Shown: in pieces, positions 1 to 8,712 of the stretch
Layout: each line of letters starts with the position of its first letter
Numbering within the stretch: position 1 is the first letter of the stretch
From: an uncultured Woeseiaceae bacterium
GTDB taxonomy: Bacteria > Pseudomonadota > Gammaproteobacteria > Steroidobacterales > Woeseiaceae
Length of the DNA stretch: 41,233 nucleotides
Assembly (NCBI GenBank): GCA_964456535.1
Contig: CAYWBZ010000001.1
Coordinates: 14,522 to 55,754 of the forward strand
Direction: 5' to 3'
Notes under the pieces: model-generated
The model's input: only the letters and a program-made list of their open reading frames with translations
Told to the model about the DNA's origin: nothing
Database searches by the model: none
Made by a program: the position numbers and the translations under genes

Positions 1-62
1 AGTGGAACGCCGTGGCTTCAGGTTCGCACGCGAAGGCATGCGACTGGCTCTCTAAACAGAAT

Positions 63-110
63 TAAGGTGACAGTGACCCTAACTCGATAGTTAAGGTCAC
101 TGCCACCTTA
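63..110. terminator. Long imperfect hairpin; candidate bidirectional terminator or REP-like palindrome
   Basis: Arm 63-84 pairs with arm 89-110 (TAAGGTGACAGTGACC...GGTCACTGCCACCTTA, inner CTAACT/AGTTAA). The stem is about 22 bp with 2 mismatches and a CGAT loop. It is followed by TCTTTTG on the plus strand and lies 17 nt beyond the stop of the minus-strand gene at 128. Confidence 0.5.
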
Positions 111-127
111 TCTTTTGCCGGGCTTGA

Positions 128-451
128 TTAGTCGGTCGCTTCTTCGACGGCTTCTTCTGCCGCTTCCATCGCGCCATCTAATGCCTCTGCAGCCGCATCC
201 GCCGCTTCGTCGAGCTGCTCCTCGGCAGCCTCTACGGCATTCGCCGCTGCGTCTTCTGCATCAGCAGCCATGTCGCCAGCAGCATCCGCCGCGTCATCCA
301 CAGCTTCTTCGGCAGCATCCATTGCGCCGCCCGCAGCTTCTTCAACAGCATCTGCGGCATTTTCTGCCGCCTCTTCAGCCGTTCCGCCCGAGTCACCACC
401 ACTGCATGCGAACAAAGCCAGACTCGCGAGTAAGATTAATAAATGTTTCAT
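128..451 (-). CDS. Small acidic Ala/Glu/Asp-rich lipoprotein (hypothetical)
   Basis: Signal peptide MKHLLILLASLALFAC with a lipobox (LFAC). GGGAGGAAAAGA Shine-Dalgarno lies just upstream of the ATG. The mature part is almost only A/E/D/G/V/M. Confidence 0.7.
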   Translation of the reverse strand: MKHLLILLASLALFACSGGDSGGTAEEAAENAADAVEEAAGGAMDAAEEAVDDAADAAGDMAADAEDAAANAVEAAEEQLDEAADAAAEALDGAMEAAEEAVEEATD

Positions 452-468
452 TCTTTTCCTCCCTTTAT

Positions 469-972
469 CTATACGTTACCAATACGTCTTATGAATTGTT
501 TAAGGTACTCGTTAATCTCGTCAATATTCTCCGTCAAACGGTGATCCCCGTTCACCAGATGTAACGTCGCAGAACACTCCCGAGTATAGCGAATACTGTT
601 TTCAACGGGAATAATATCATCATGCCAGCCGTGCACGATGCAAATCGGCATTGACGGCGGTAGCGGTGTCAGTTCCTCGTAACCTTCCATATAGTACGCC
701 GGAGCAAGTACAAACAGGCCTGCAGCCCCCAATTCCTCGGCCGCCGCCGTCGCGACGTGGCCACCCATGCTTGAGCCAACCAGTATTAACGGGTCGCTTA
801 TGTCGGTACATTCGCGCACGAGTTTTTGAACTCGTTCTGTCGGATCGGCAGTTCCCTGGTAGTCGATACTGTCAACCTTGCAACCCAGACTTTTGGCGAG
901 CTCGGACATCGCCCGAATCTTGGTGCCCCAGGGGCCGCTCTCCTGACCGTGCGAAAAAATTACTGTCGTCAT
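469..972 (-). CDS. YqiA-like alpha/beta-hydrolase esterase
   Basis: GSSMGG nucleophile elbow, later HGWHDDIIP and NGDHRL (Asp/His candidates). Length is about 167 aa. It has a 4-nt overlap with the upstream gene. Confidence 0.8.
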   Translation of the reverse strand: MTTVIFSHGQESGPWGTKIRAMSELAKSLGCKVDSIDYQGTADPTERVQKLVRECTDISDPLILVGSSMGGHVATAAAEELGAAGLFVLAPAYYMEGYEELTPLPPSMPICIVHGWHDDIIPVENSIRYTRECSATLHLVNGDHRLTENIDEINEYLKQFIRRIGNV

Positions 973-2306
973 ACGAGTATTCCGTCTCCTGTGTCACAAA
1001 GTTCTTCGATATGTCTCACCAACAGCCAGTCACGATCCTGTCCCCAGACCAAAAACTCGCCCATACGAACCGTCGGCACACCCCACGAACCCGACTCCAT
1101 CATCGACTCGCGATTAGCCTCAGTGGGTTCTCTCCAGTCATCGGTTTGCATTGCCGCTTCAACGTCTGGCCAAAACAATCCCGTGCGACCTGTAACTTTT
1201 CGCATGCCGTCATCGGTCGCAACGTCAACGGCCTCGGCCCAAATGGCAGCGCCGGCGTTTAGCAGGAAATCACGCCCGCGGTGCTCGGACTCCGCGTACT
1301 GGAACACCGCGAGGCAGCGTTCAGCGCCGGAGCCCACCGGATCGGCGATCTTTCCAAAGGGAATATTTCGACGACCCGCTTCGCGAAGTGAGTCCTTTAC
1401 GATGTACAAAATCTTGGACTGCGGCACTTTCATGCCGCGCATTACCATTGGCAGAACTGGTCGCAGCTTCAGTTCAATACCGAATGCATCTGCGATTTCG
1501 TATGTTTGTTGTAGCGCGATGTACGAATACGGGCTGCGAAACGAATGGAAATACTCGATCGGCGGCAAGTCTTTGGCCGCCGCTGGCGGCTTGACCGGCA
1601 GGGAAACTTTCATTGCCTGCTTGACAGATGCCAGCAGGGGATCCAATGCATCGCTATTTGCCGCACCCAACTCACTCAGGCGATCCAGCAGATAGTGCAA
1701 GCGGTCCACGCCCCAAAACCACTCTCCAGCGTAATGCAGCATCGCGGTATTGTAGTGGCCGAGTTTCTCCTGAAGCCGCTGCGAGTCTGCAATTACCTTG
1801 CTCGCTGCCCCCTCCGAGTCCGCCACGCTACTCATAATTGCTGCAGCAGAACTGTCACCGCGCCAAAAAATAGCGAGCGCGTGACGAAGCTCTTCGTCGA
1901 ACGAATCTGTACCGAGCAATGACGCAACAGCGTTCGAAAGGCCGACGCGGTGCTCGGTCGGTGGCAGCTTGCCTTTGTCGAGGAAGGGAATTCCCAGCTC
2001 ACTTGCCAGACGCGCACAATCGGCTACGGCGTACTCTGCCAGCATGTCCGGCGCCGGCTGATACTCGTCTCCTCGCGCCTGTGAGAGATACAAGCGGAGT
2101 TCTATATCGTAATTTGCCGCCAGATTCGGCAAATAATGCGACAAGATGTAGGAATAAGGATCGTCGAGCTGCAAGAAAACCGAAACAGTATGGGGCTTGC
2201 CACTGATCTGTCTGCGCTTTTCCGCCAGCCAGCGTTTCGCCCTGATCATATTTGGATTGAATATTACATTCAGCATTAGCGACCGAAATTTTCGCTCAAG
2301 ATTCAT
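969..2306 (-). CDS. Tandem-domain DsbA-like / 2-hydroxychromene-2-carboxylate isomerase family protein
   Basis: Two copies of the HCCA-isomerase/GST-kappa signature (FLQLDDPYSYI and FHSFRSPYSYI), each followed by a thioredoxin-like region. C-terminal GVPT...FWGQDR-type motif (WGVPTVRMGEFLVWGQDR). Confidence 0.75.
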   Translation of the reverse strand: MNLERKFRSLMLNVIFNPNMIRAKRWLAEKRRQISGKPHTVSVFLQLDDPYSYILSHYLPNLAANYDIELRLYLSQARGDEYQPAPDMLAEYAVADCARLASELGIPFLDKGKLPPTEHRVGLSNAVASLLGTDSFDEELRHALAIFWRGDSSAAAIMSSVADSEGAASKVIADSQRLQEKLGHYNTAMLHYAGEWFWGVDRLHYLLDRLSELGAANSDALDPLLASVKQAMKVSLPVKPPAAAKDLPPIEYFHSFRSPYSYIALQQTYEIADAFGIELKLRPVLPMVMRGMKVPQSKILYIVKDSLREAGRRNIPFGKIADPVGSGAERCLAVFQYAESEHRGRDFLLNAGAAIWAEAVDVATDDGMRKVTGRTGLFWPDVEAAMQTDDWREPTEANRESMMESGSWGVPTVRMGEFLVWGQDRDWLLVRHIEELCDTGDGILV

Positions 2307-2671
2307 GCTTCATCCCACATCGAGCTCGGCTTCCAGAGTAACTCATCGAGGTTGGGCTCCCAGCGATATTTATTCATATCCACCTTGCCGTTGATGAGCG
2401 GTACACCTTCTTCGGCCAGCCGATCTCGTTGTGTCCGGAAGTTTCGGCTGTTTGGATCAAACGCGCTCTTGCCTGACGAGGTAATCACGCGATGCCAGGG
2501 TAATTCGAGTTCTTCAGGTGTGTGGCGCAACGCATAACCAACCTGTCTCGCACCACGTGGAATACCAGAGATTTCAGCGATCTGACCATAATTCGCAACG
2601 CAGCCTTTCGGAATGTCCAGAATAGTCTCCCAGATCCGTCGCATGCGAGTTTCACGATCCAGCGGTGGCAT
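2303..2671 (-). CDS. Alkyltransferase-like (ATL) protein, MGMT DNA-binding domain without the acceptor Cys
   Basis: VANYGQIAE...GARQVGYAL helix-turn-helix region. The site is PWHRV where active methyltransferases have PCHRV. Confidence 0.85.
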   Translation of the reverse strand: MPPLDRETRMRRIWETILDIPKGCVANYGQIAEISGIPRGARQVGYALRHTPEELELPWHRVITSSGKSAFDPNSRNFRTQRDRLAEEGVPLINGKVDMNKYRWEPNLDELLWKPSSMWDEA

Positions 2672-2672
2672 A

Positions 2673-4076
2673 TCAGCTCAATCCCAGGCGCGCTTGAATC
2701 TCGCGCTTGGCATCGCGCAGCACGGTATCGCGATCCAGGGAGTCCAATATCTGCTTCACTACAAGCTTCGGTCCTCCATCACCCCACGACTTTCCTGCCG
2801 CAAGATATTCGGCGGCCGCCTGACCGACGAGATAGGTGCTGTAGTATGCGATCGCTCCCTGGGCACCTGCAGTCAGTATCGTCGACAAACCGACTGTGCC
2901 GACCTTCAATGCACTGGACACGAAATGCAGTGCCCACACTGTTCCCATCAACGCAGCGGATTCGGCCATGATGACTTTGACGATGGACCCGGCCTCCTTC
3001 TGATTCAACGGCAGGTCATAGACTTTCGACAGGTGCACGACCATACCAACATCAATGAAGGCCGCCGCAAACAGATCCGCGACCGGTACCGGGTTAAAAG
3101 CGACAGCGATACCTTTGGCAACGCAGTAAGTGCGAACCATTTTTTCGCCGAGCTCACGTCTGGCAGCCAGTATTCGGCGACCAACCTGATCCGACAAGTC
3201 TGCTGCGAACAAGCTGGCATTCAACGCCGCCAGCGTCTTGCCCTCGGTTTCCAGTATTTCCCAAAGTTTTAGTCGTAGGGCGGCAATATCGGGATCACGT
3301 TGCCGCTGTAATTCACGTTCATTACCGTCTTCGTCGATCTCCAGCACGAGCTGCGGTCTCGGGTGTGCGGCGACGGTAATGACGTGCTCAGGATCGATAA
3401 TTCCGTCGGTCTTGTCGCGTACCGATTGCAGAAGCGCGTCTCGCTCAGCGCTCGTATACAAGTCTGACTTGTTTAACGCGAGCAAAATCGGCCGACCCTC
3501 TGCAATGGCAGCCTTGAGGGCGGCAAGCTCTGTGTCGGTGATATCACCGTCGATGACGAAGATCACCAGGTCGGATCGACCAGCGACTTCCTTCGCCAGA
3601 GACTCGCGATCCTCACCGCCGGCCTCATCCAGACCGGGTGTATCGATCAGGAAGACGCCGCCCACCTCCAGTTCATTCCAGGCCTGTATTTCAGAATGTT
3701 TGGTTTCCCCGTGCACCGGGCTGACAGAAAACCGTTCCTCGCCGATGAGTGCGTTCAGGAGTGACGATTTTCCTGTGCTAACGCGACCGAATGCTGACAA
3801 ATGCAAGTGACCATGTTCGAGCTTGTCGAGCATGGACTGAACAGCATCGTAGTCATGCGCAAGTGATTCGCGGACGCCGTCGGGCAGGCGAGCGTCATCG
3901 ATCAGATCGCGCAAACTCTCGCGCGCAAGACTCAGGTGCCCCGCACCATCGTCTCCAACCTTTTCAGTCGGCTTTTTCGTCCAGCGCCATTTTGGCAATG
4001 CGGCGAACGCCCGCGTCCAAATGCTCACTAATACCTTCCTCAAATTCTTTGGCCGCGGTTGCCGGAACCAGCTCAC
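2673..4076 (-). CDS. GTPase (HSR1/MMR1-type G domain) fused to a DUF697 (YcjF-like) membrane module
   Basis: G1 GRVSTGKS, G3 DTPG, G4 NKSD. The C-terminal part is hydrophobic and DUF697-like (AFNPVPVADLFAAAFIDVGMVV...). The start is uncertain: the first ATG overlaps the upstream gene by 113 nt, and alternatives are TTG at 3914 or ATG at 3833. Confidence 0.8.
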   Translation of the reverse strand: MSWFRQPRPKNLRKVLVSIWTRAFAALPKWRWTKKPTEKVGDDGAGHLSLARESLRDLIDDARLPDGVRESLAHDYDAVQSMLDKLEHGHLHLSAFGRVSTGKSSLLNALIGEERFSVSPVHGETKHSEIQAWNELEVGGVFLIDTPGLDEAGGEDRESLAKEVAGRSDLVIFVIDGDITDTELAALKAAIAEGRPILLALNKSDLYTSAERDALLQSVRDKTDGIIDPEHVITVAAHPRPQLVLEIDEDGNERELQRQRDPDIAALRLKLWEILETEGKTLAALNASLFAADLSDQVGRRILAARRELGEKMVRTYCVAKGIAVAFNPVPVADLFAAAFIDVGMVVHLSKVYDLPLNQKEAGSIVKVIMAESAALMGTVWALHFVSSALKVGTVGLSTILTAGAQGAIAYYSTYLVGQAAAEYLAAGKSWGDGGPKLVVKQILDSLDRDTVLRDAKREIQARLGLS

Positions 4077-5448
4077 CGTGTCGCTCCAGAGTCAGCACCA
4101 GGCTGCGTCCAAGCGCGTCGAAGATCAAACCATATGCAACCGCATGTGCCAGCCCACCTACTACAGTCCCCAGGCCGGGAAACGCCTTGAGTCCGTTACC
4201 TGCCACTGCCATTGATAACGGAAGCGCTCGTCCGACGCGACTCTGGCCCAGAGAGAGAAACTCTTCGACATCAAGATCGCGCGGTGCGGCACCGTAAATT
4301 TTGCAAAGCTCCTGCGTCATGGTTGTGCCGATATAGCCCTGCACCAGGATATCGGTGCCGGGGCTCACCGCTGCCATCGCGCCGATCACTGCTTTGCGTG
4401 TCGCGCTACGGATAATTTGTTCAGAGCGCTGCAGTCGATATTCACCCTCCGCAACCTCAAGTTTTTCCGCCGCGATTTGAAACACTGCTCGCTCTCTGCG
4501 TGCATCGAGCGGCTGAGTATCGTCACCGAGAAGCCGGTTAATTGCGACAACCAACACGCCGATATCTGCAGCCCTTTCACGCCGGGCCGTTCCCTCGCTG
4601 CCATCGGCACGACGTTCGACAACCTCCCTTTCGCCGCCTGCACTGACCGCAACAACATGGTCGCGCTGGACCTCGCCGCCCAGGTCGTCAATGCGCTGCA
4701 GCAGTTTTTGCATGAGCGTTGCTTGTTCGTCAGCGGAGTATCGATCCGCCTTGTTCAGTACCAGAACGATCGGTTTATCAAATGCCAGTAGTGATTTGAT
4801 AGCACCCAGCTCTGCCCGAGTGAGATCGCTGTCGCAAACAAACAGCACGAGGTGCGACCGCTTGGCTTCCTCGGACGCAATCTCATCCAGACCGTCTTCA
4901 TGACCACCGGTGCCAGGTACGTCAGTCAACAGGATTTCAGTGCCGGATTCATTTCGCCATCTGTAGTGCCGTACGTCGTCTGTCGATCCCCCGACGACGT
5001 CGATCACAACATTGGCTTCGGGCACCAACGCTTTAATCAGCGAACTCTTCCCTGCACTGATTTCGCCAAAAAAGCACAGATGAATCGCTCCGGTAGCTTG
5101 GCGAGCCGCCAAATCCTGCAGTTCCGCCTGAGCATCGCTAACGTCGACTCCGGCTGCCTCCGCCCGGTGCAGCCGCTCTTTTATGTCACGTCTGGAAAGT
5201 GGTTTTGAGAATTTGGCTGGCGCTACCTTCTGCTTTACGACAAGCCGCCAGACCAGCCAGACGGCAGCCATGGCCAACAACACCATGACCGCGATGTAAA
5301 CGTACATAATGGCTGGCGGGCCAGCCCGCAGGCGGTCCCAGACATTGAGCGCTGATTCAGTGATGAACAGCAACGCTCCCGTCGCTACAACAAAGGCGAG
5401 CGTAACGACAACCGCGATCGCGACGCGAATGAATCGATCAAGTTTCAT
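3964..5448 (-). CDS. Membrane GTPase (two N-terminal TM helices, HSR1-type G domain, DUF697 module)
   Basis: N-terminal TM segments (IAVVVTLAFVVATGALLFI and YIAVMVLLAMAAVWLVW). G1 GEISAGKS, G3 DVPG, G4 NKAD. C-terminal DUF697-like region (VIGAMAAVSPGTDILVQGYIG...). Confidence 0.85.
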   Translation of the reverse strand: MKLDRFIRVAIAVVVTLAFVVATGALLFITESALNVWDRLRAGPPAIMYVYIAVMVLLAMAAVWLVWRLVVKQKVAPAKFSKPLSRRDIKERLHRAEAAGVDVSDAQAELQDLAARQATGAIHLCFFGEISAGKSSLIKALVPEANVVIDVVGGSTDDVRHYRWRNESGTEILLTDVPGTGGHEDGLDEIASEEAKRSHLVLFVCDSDLTRAELGAIKSLLAFDKPIVLVLNKADRYSADEQATLMQKLLQRIDDLGGEVQRDHVVAVSAGGEREVVERRADGSEGTARRERAADIGVLVVAINRLLGDDTQPLDARRERAVFQIAAEKLEVAEGEYRLQRSEQIIRSATRKAVIGAMAAVSPGTDILVQGYIGTTMTQELCKIYGAAPRDLDVEEFLSLGQSRVGRALPLSMAVAGNGLKAFPGLGTVVGGLAHAVAYGLIFDALGRSLVLTLERHGELVPATAAKEFEEGISEHLDAGVRRIAKMALDEKAD

Positions 5449-5472
5449 AGATCATCACGATACCGCAATTAC

Positions 5473-5497
5473 GGAGTCGCGGCCTAAGGGCCGCTCC
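5473..5497 (-). terminator. Stem-loop at the DUF885 stop codon
   Basis: GGAGTCGCGGCC-TAAG-GGCCGCTCC, an imperfect GC-rich hairpin that abuts and overlaps the stop by one base. The T-tract is weak. Confidence 0.35.
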
Positions 5498-7290
5498 TAC
5501 AGTTGGGATGCTACCCAGCGGTCGAGCTTCGACTCCAGCATCGACAGGGGCATTGGGCCGTCTTTTAGTACCTCTGTGTGAAAGTCTTTGACGTTGAACT
5601 TGTCGCCCAGCGCCGCTTCAGCTTTGTCGCGTATTTCGCGAATCTTGAGCTGACCGACCTTGTACGCCAGTGCCTGCCCCGGAATGGCCATGAAGCGCTC
5701 AGCCTCCGATACGGCTCGTACTTCTGCTACGGCCGAGTTTGCATACATATAATCAAGTACATCCTGGCGTGACCACTGCTTGGCGTGAATACCGGTGTCG
5801 ACAACCAATCGAATCGATCGCCACAGTTCTGCGTTTAATCCACCGAAGTACTGGTAGGGATCCGTGTATACACCGAGCTCCTTGCCAAGCGATTCGGCGT
5901 ACAGTCCCCACCCTTCCGAGTAGGCCGTGAAACCACCGAAGCGGCGGAAGCCGGGCAGATCTTCGTTCTCGCGCTGAATCATGATCTGGAAGTGGTGACC
6001 CGGAATAGCCTCGTGCAGGAATAACGATTCCATCGCCCATTTGCCGCGAGCTTTTATGTCATAGGCGTTGGCATAAAAGATTCCAGGGCGCGAACCATCC
6101 GGTGTGCCCGCCTGGTAAGAACCCTTCGAAGCAGACGCCTCACGAAACGGCTCAACGCGGCGGACCTCAAAACCGGTCTTCGGCATGACATCAAACAGAT
6201 TCTTCGACAGCTCTGCAATATGGTCCGACATATCACGGTAGCCCTGAATGAGTTCCTCGGCTTCATCGTAGAAGAACTGGTCATCCGTATTAACGAACTC
6301 GAAGAACTCTTTGAGGCTGCCTTCGAAACCAACCTCCTCCAACACGCCGCGCATCTCTTCGTGAATACGCGCAACTTCATTTAGTCCGATCTGGTGAATT
6401 TCATCGGGCGACATATCGGTCGTCGTGCGCAGACGAACCATATACGCGTACCAGTCGGCGCCGTTCGGCTGTGCATAAAGGCCTACCGTTTCACGTGCCG
6501 CGCCTATGTACTCATCACCCAGAAAATTACTGATGCGTTGGTAGGCCGGAATAATTGTGTTACGGATTTTGTCTTCATACGCCGCGGTCAGCCTCGCGCG
6601 GTCTTCGGCGCTAAAGTCGTCCGGAATATTGGTAACGGGTTTGTAGAAGTTACTGTCTTTCACGTCATCGACAATATGCGCGTCGACCTGCGGCACCAGT
6701 TTTTCCATCAGAATACGAGGCTGAGTTACACCCTGATGCATACCTTCTTTCATGTTGCTGATGACCTGATCGATATTGATCGAGAACTGATCAGCACGAC
6801 TCAGGAAGTCCTCATAGTCTTTAACCGTATTGAAGGGGTGTGCACCGGTACCGCTGCCCAGTTGCACAAAGAAATTCGTCATCGAATAAAACTGATTGAT
6901 CGGTTGCAGGTGGAACGGGAACTGATTGCCTTCGAGGGATTGCTCTCTCCTGATCTTGAACAAATCGTAGCTCAGTTGATCCTGATAACTGAGTTGCTCA
7001 CGATCAATCTCCAGAAGCTGGGCGAGGAATTCCTCGTCCAACGCCGTCGCAGCAGCAATGTATTCGGGACTATTGGAGTTCGCCATTCGATCGTTGTAGC
7101 GATAGTCGCCGATAAACGTTGCGCTGATCGGATTCAACTCCAGATTGCGCTCGAAATGCTCATCAAATAGCGCGTGCAGTGCATCGCTGGCGCTAACTTC
7201 TGGCGCGACAGGCGCCGCCTGATCCTGTGTTTCGCCGCAAGCGGTAACAAGGAAAACGACAGCGAGCGTCGCTGCAGCAAGATTTCTCAT
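5497..7290 (-). CDS. DUF885 family lipoprotein (putative metallohydrolase)
   Basis: Signal peptide with lipobox (LVTAC). Conserved HEAIPGHH motif typical of DUF885. Length about 600 aa. Confidence 0.8.
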   Translation of the reverse strand: MRNLAAATLAVVFLVTACGETQDQAAPVAPEVSASDALHALFDEHFERNLELNPISATFIGDYRYNDRMANSNSPEYIAAATALDEEFLAQLLEIDREQLSYQDQLSYDLFKIRREQSLEGNQFPFHLQPINQFYSMTNFFVQLGSGTGAHPFNTVKDYEDFLSRADQFSINIDQVISNMKEGMHQGVTQPRILMEKLVPQVDAHIVDDVKDSNFYKPVTNIPDDFSAEDRARLTAAYEDKIRNTIIPAYQRISNFLGDEYIGAARETVGLYAQPNGADWYAYMVRLRTTTDMSPDEIHQIGLNEVARIHEEMRGVLEEVGFEGSLKEFFEFVNTDDQFFYDEAEELIQGYRDMSDHIAELSKNLFDVMPKTGFEVRRVEPFREASASKGSYQAGTPDGSRPGIFYANAYDIKARGKWAMESLFLHEAIPGHHFQIMIQRENEDLPGFRRFGGFTAYSEGWGLYAESLGKELGVYTDPYQYFGGLNAELWRSIRLVVDTGIHAKQWSRQDVLDYMYANSAVAEVRAVSEAERFMAIPGQALAYKVGQLKIREIRDKAEAALGDKFNVKDFHTEVLKDGPMPLSMLESKLDRWVASQL

Positions 7291-7311
7291 TTGGGAACCC
7301 CTGATTTGGAA

Positions 7312-8685
7312 TCAGGCGATCATAAACCCAAGGTCACGCTGTGCAAAGTTCGAAAGGTTGGGTGCAATGATATCAAGGTCCACATCCGGGATACCGAACC
7401 ATTTCGCCAGAGTTGCCGCGTATTGATCGGCCGAAGTCGACGGAATCATACGGCCGCCACCGACGTCCTCGGGGCCGCCGATCTCGAGAGTCGGGTAGGC
7501 GCCGTAAATATCCCGACCATTAACAGCGCCACCAAGAACGACCTGATTTCCGGCCCAGGCGTGATCGGTACCATCGCCATTGGAGGTCAGCGTACGGCCG
7601 AAATCAGACTGTGTGAAGGCGGTAACGTCTCCAGCAACACCGATATCGACAGTTGCGCTGTAGAATGCAGCCAATGCATCGCTGACACCGCCCAGGAGCC
7701 CCGGTTGATCCTGATTCTGGTTGTCATGGGAATCAAAGCCACCGATGCCGACAAAAAATACCTGCCGTTGCATATCGAGTTCGACCCGCGATGCAATCAG
7801 TTTCGCAACCGTCGACAGCTGCCGGCCGAGCGGCGTGCTCGGGAACGTGGTTGTGATGATTCCCGAATTTTCGGCACTGATAATCGCCGCCGAGACTGTG
7901 TCCGCTGCCGCCACCGCACGACTTTGGATTTCGGCGAACCCGCGCTCGTAAATGGAGCCATACTGCGCGTCGAGCACACCTTGAAATGCCGCTCGCTGAT
8001 CAAAAAGGATGCTGGTTGGATCGGTAGAAAATCCTTCGAACTGCAGCGGTCCGTCCTGACCCATGACGTATGCAATCGTGTTGTCCGCAGACTGGAACAG
8101 ACTGGTACCGGACACGGAGGCGTTGGTTGCCATCCTTTGATTGGCGACTTCTGCGCTAATCAGGTCCGCCATGCGTCCTGCCCAACCTGTCTTGCTTGTG
8201 TTGGCGCCCTTGAGTGAGTTCCACTGCGACTGCTGGTCGTTGTGCGAAAATAGTTGCGGCGGCAATACGACCGACTGATTTTCAAACTGTGTCTTTGTCG
8301 TTGGTTCAACGAGCGGACCAAGGTTTGCGACAAGAGCTGCGTTGCCGGACTCAAACAGTGTCTGCAAGCCACCCATTGCCGGGTGCAGGCCGAAAGCCTC
8401 CGAACCAGGAGTCTCCGACACAGGATTGATGGGTATCAAGTCAGCCCGGGGAATTGCCAGGTTCTGTCTTGACGCTGCGTATGCGTTGTACTCCGCATCG
8501 GTATTCGGTACCAACATATTGAATGAATCATTGCCACCGTGCAGAAACACACAAACGAGTGCACGATAGTCATTGAATGGCGCCGCCGCACCAAACCCTT
8601 GTGTATAGGCAAAACCTGGAGCGCTGACAAGTGCGGCGGCCGCACTGCTTTGGACCAGAAAATCGCGTCGATTGATCTTTTTCAT
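7312..8685 (-). CDS. DUF1501 domain protein (sulfatase/phosphatase-like fold), Tat-exported
   Basis: Twin-arginine leader [19 protein letters not shown]. Motifs [10 protein letters not shown] and GGFDSHDNQ are typical of DUF1501. Confidence 0.85.
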   Translation of the reverse strand: MKKINRRDFLVQSSAAAALVSAPGFAYTQGFGAAAPFNDYRALVCVFLHGGNDSFNMLVPNTDAEYNAYAASRQNLAIPRADLIPINPVSETPGSEAFGLHPAMGGLQTLFESGNAALVANLGPLVEPTTKTQFENQSVVLPPQLFSHNDQQSQWNSLKGANTSKTGWAGRMADLISAEVANQRMATNASVSGTSLFQSADNTIAYVMGQDGPLQFEGFSTDPTSILFDQRAAFQGVLDAQYGSIYERGFAEIQSRAVAAADTVSAAIISAENSGIITTTFPSTPLGRQLSTVAKLIASRVELDMQRQVFFVGIGGFDSHDNQNQDQPGLLGGVSDALAAFYSATVDIGVAGDVTAFTQSDFGRTLTSNGDGTDHAWAGNQVVLGGAVNGRDIYGAYPTLEIGGPEDVGGGRMIPSTSADQYAATLAKWFGIPDVDLDIIAPNLSNFAQRDLGFMIA

Positions 8686-8712
8686 AATTCTTCTCCCGGC
8701 GAATCGCCGTGC

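Noticed and set aside
1-60. A GGTTCGCA segment reminiscent of a tRNA T-loop at the window start.
   Set aside because: The flanking bases do not form a proper T-arm, and no acceptor stem or CCA context is visible. It is probably the tail of an upstream gene or an intergenic spacer.
115-564. 149-aa Pro/Leu/Arg/His-rich ORF on the plus strand, plus a 74-aa Ala/Ser-rich ORF at 270-494.
   Set aside because: These are mirror frames of the repetitive acidic lipoprotein gene. They have no Shine-Dalgarno, and they run across the start of the neighbouring esterase gene.
826-1695. Long antisense ORF of 289 aa. Similar ones occur at 651-1262, 6394-7170, 7174-8217, 27157-27810, 29687-30286, 30549-31100, 32017-32500 and 40081-40743.
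   Set aside because: Each lies opposite a gene with clear family motifs. Their translations are Arg/Ser/Pro/Cys-rich with no recognisable domains, which is typical of shadow frames in GC-rich DNA.
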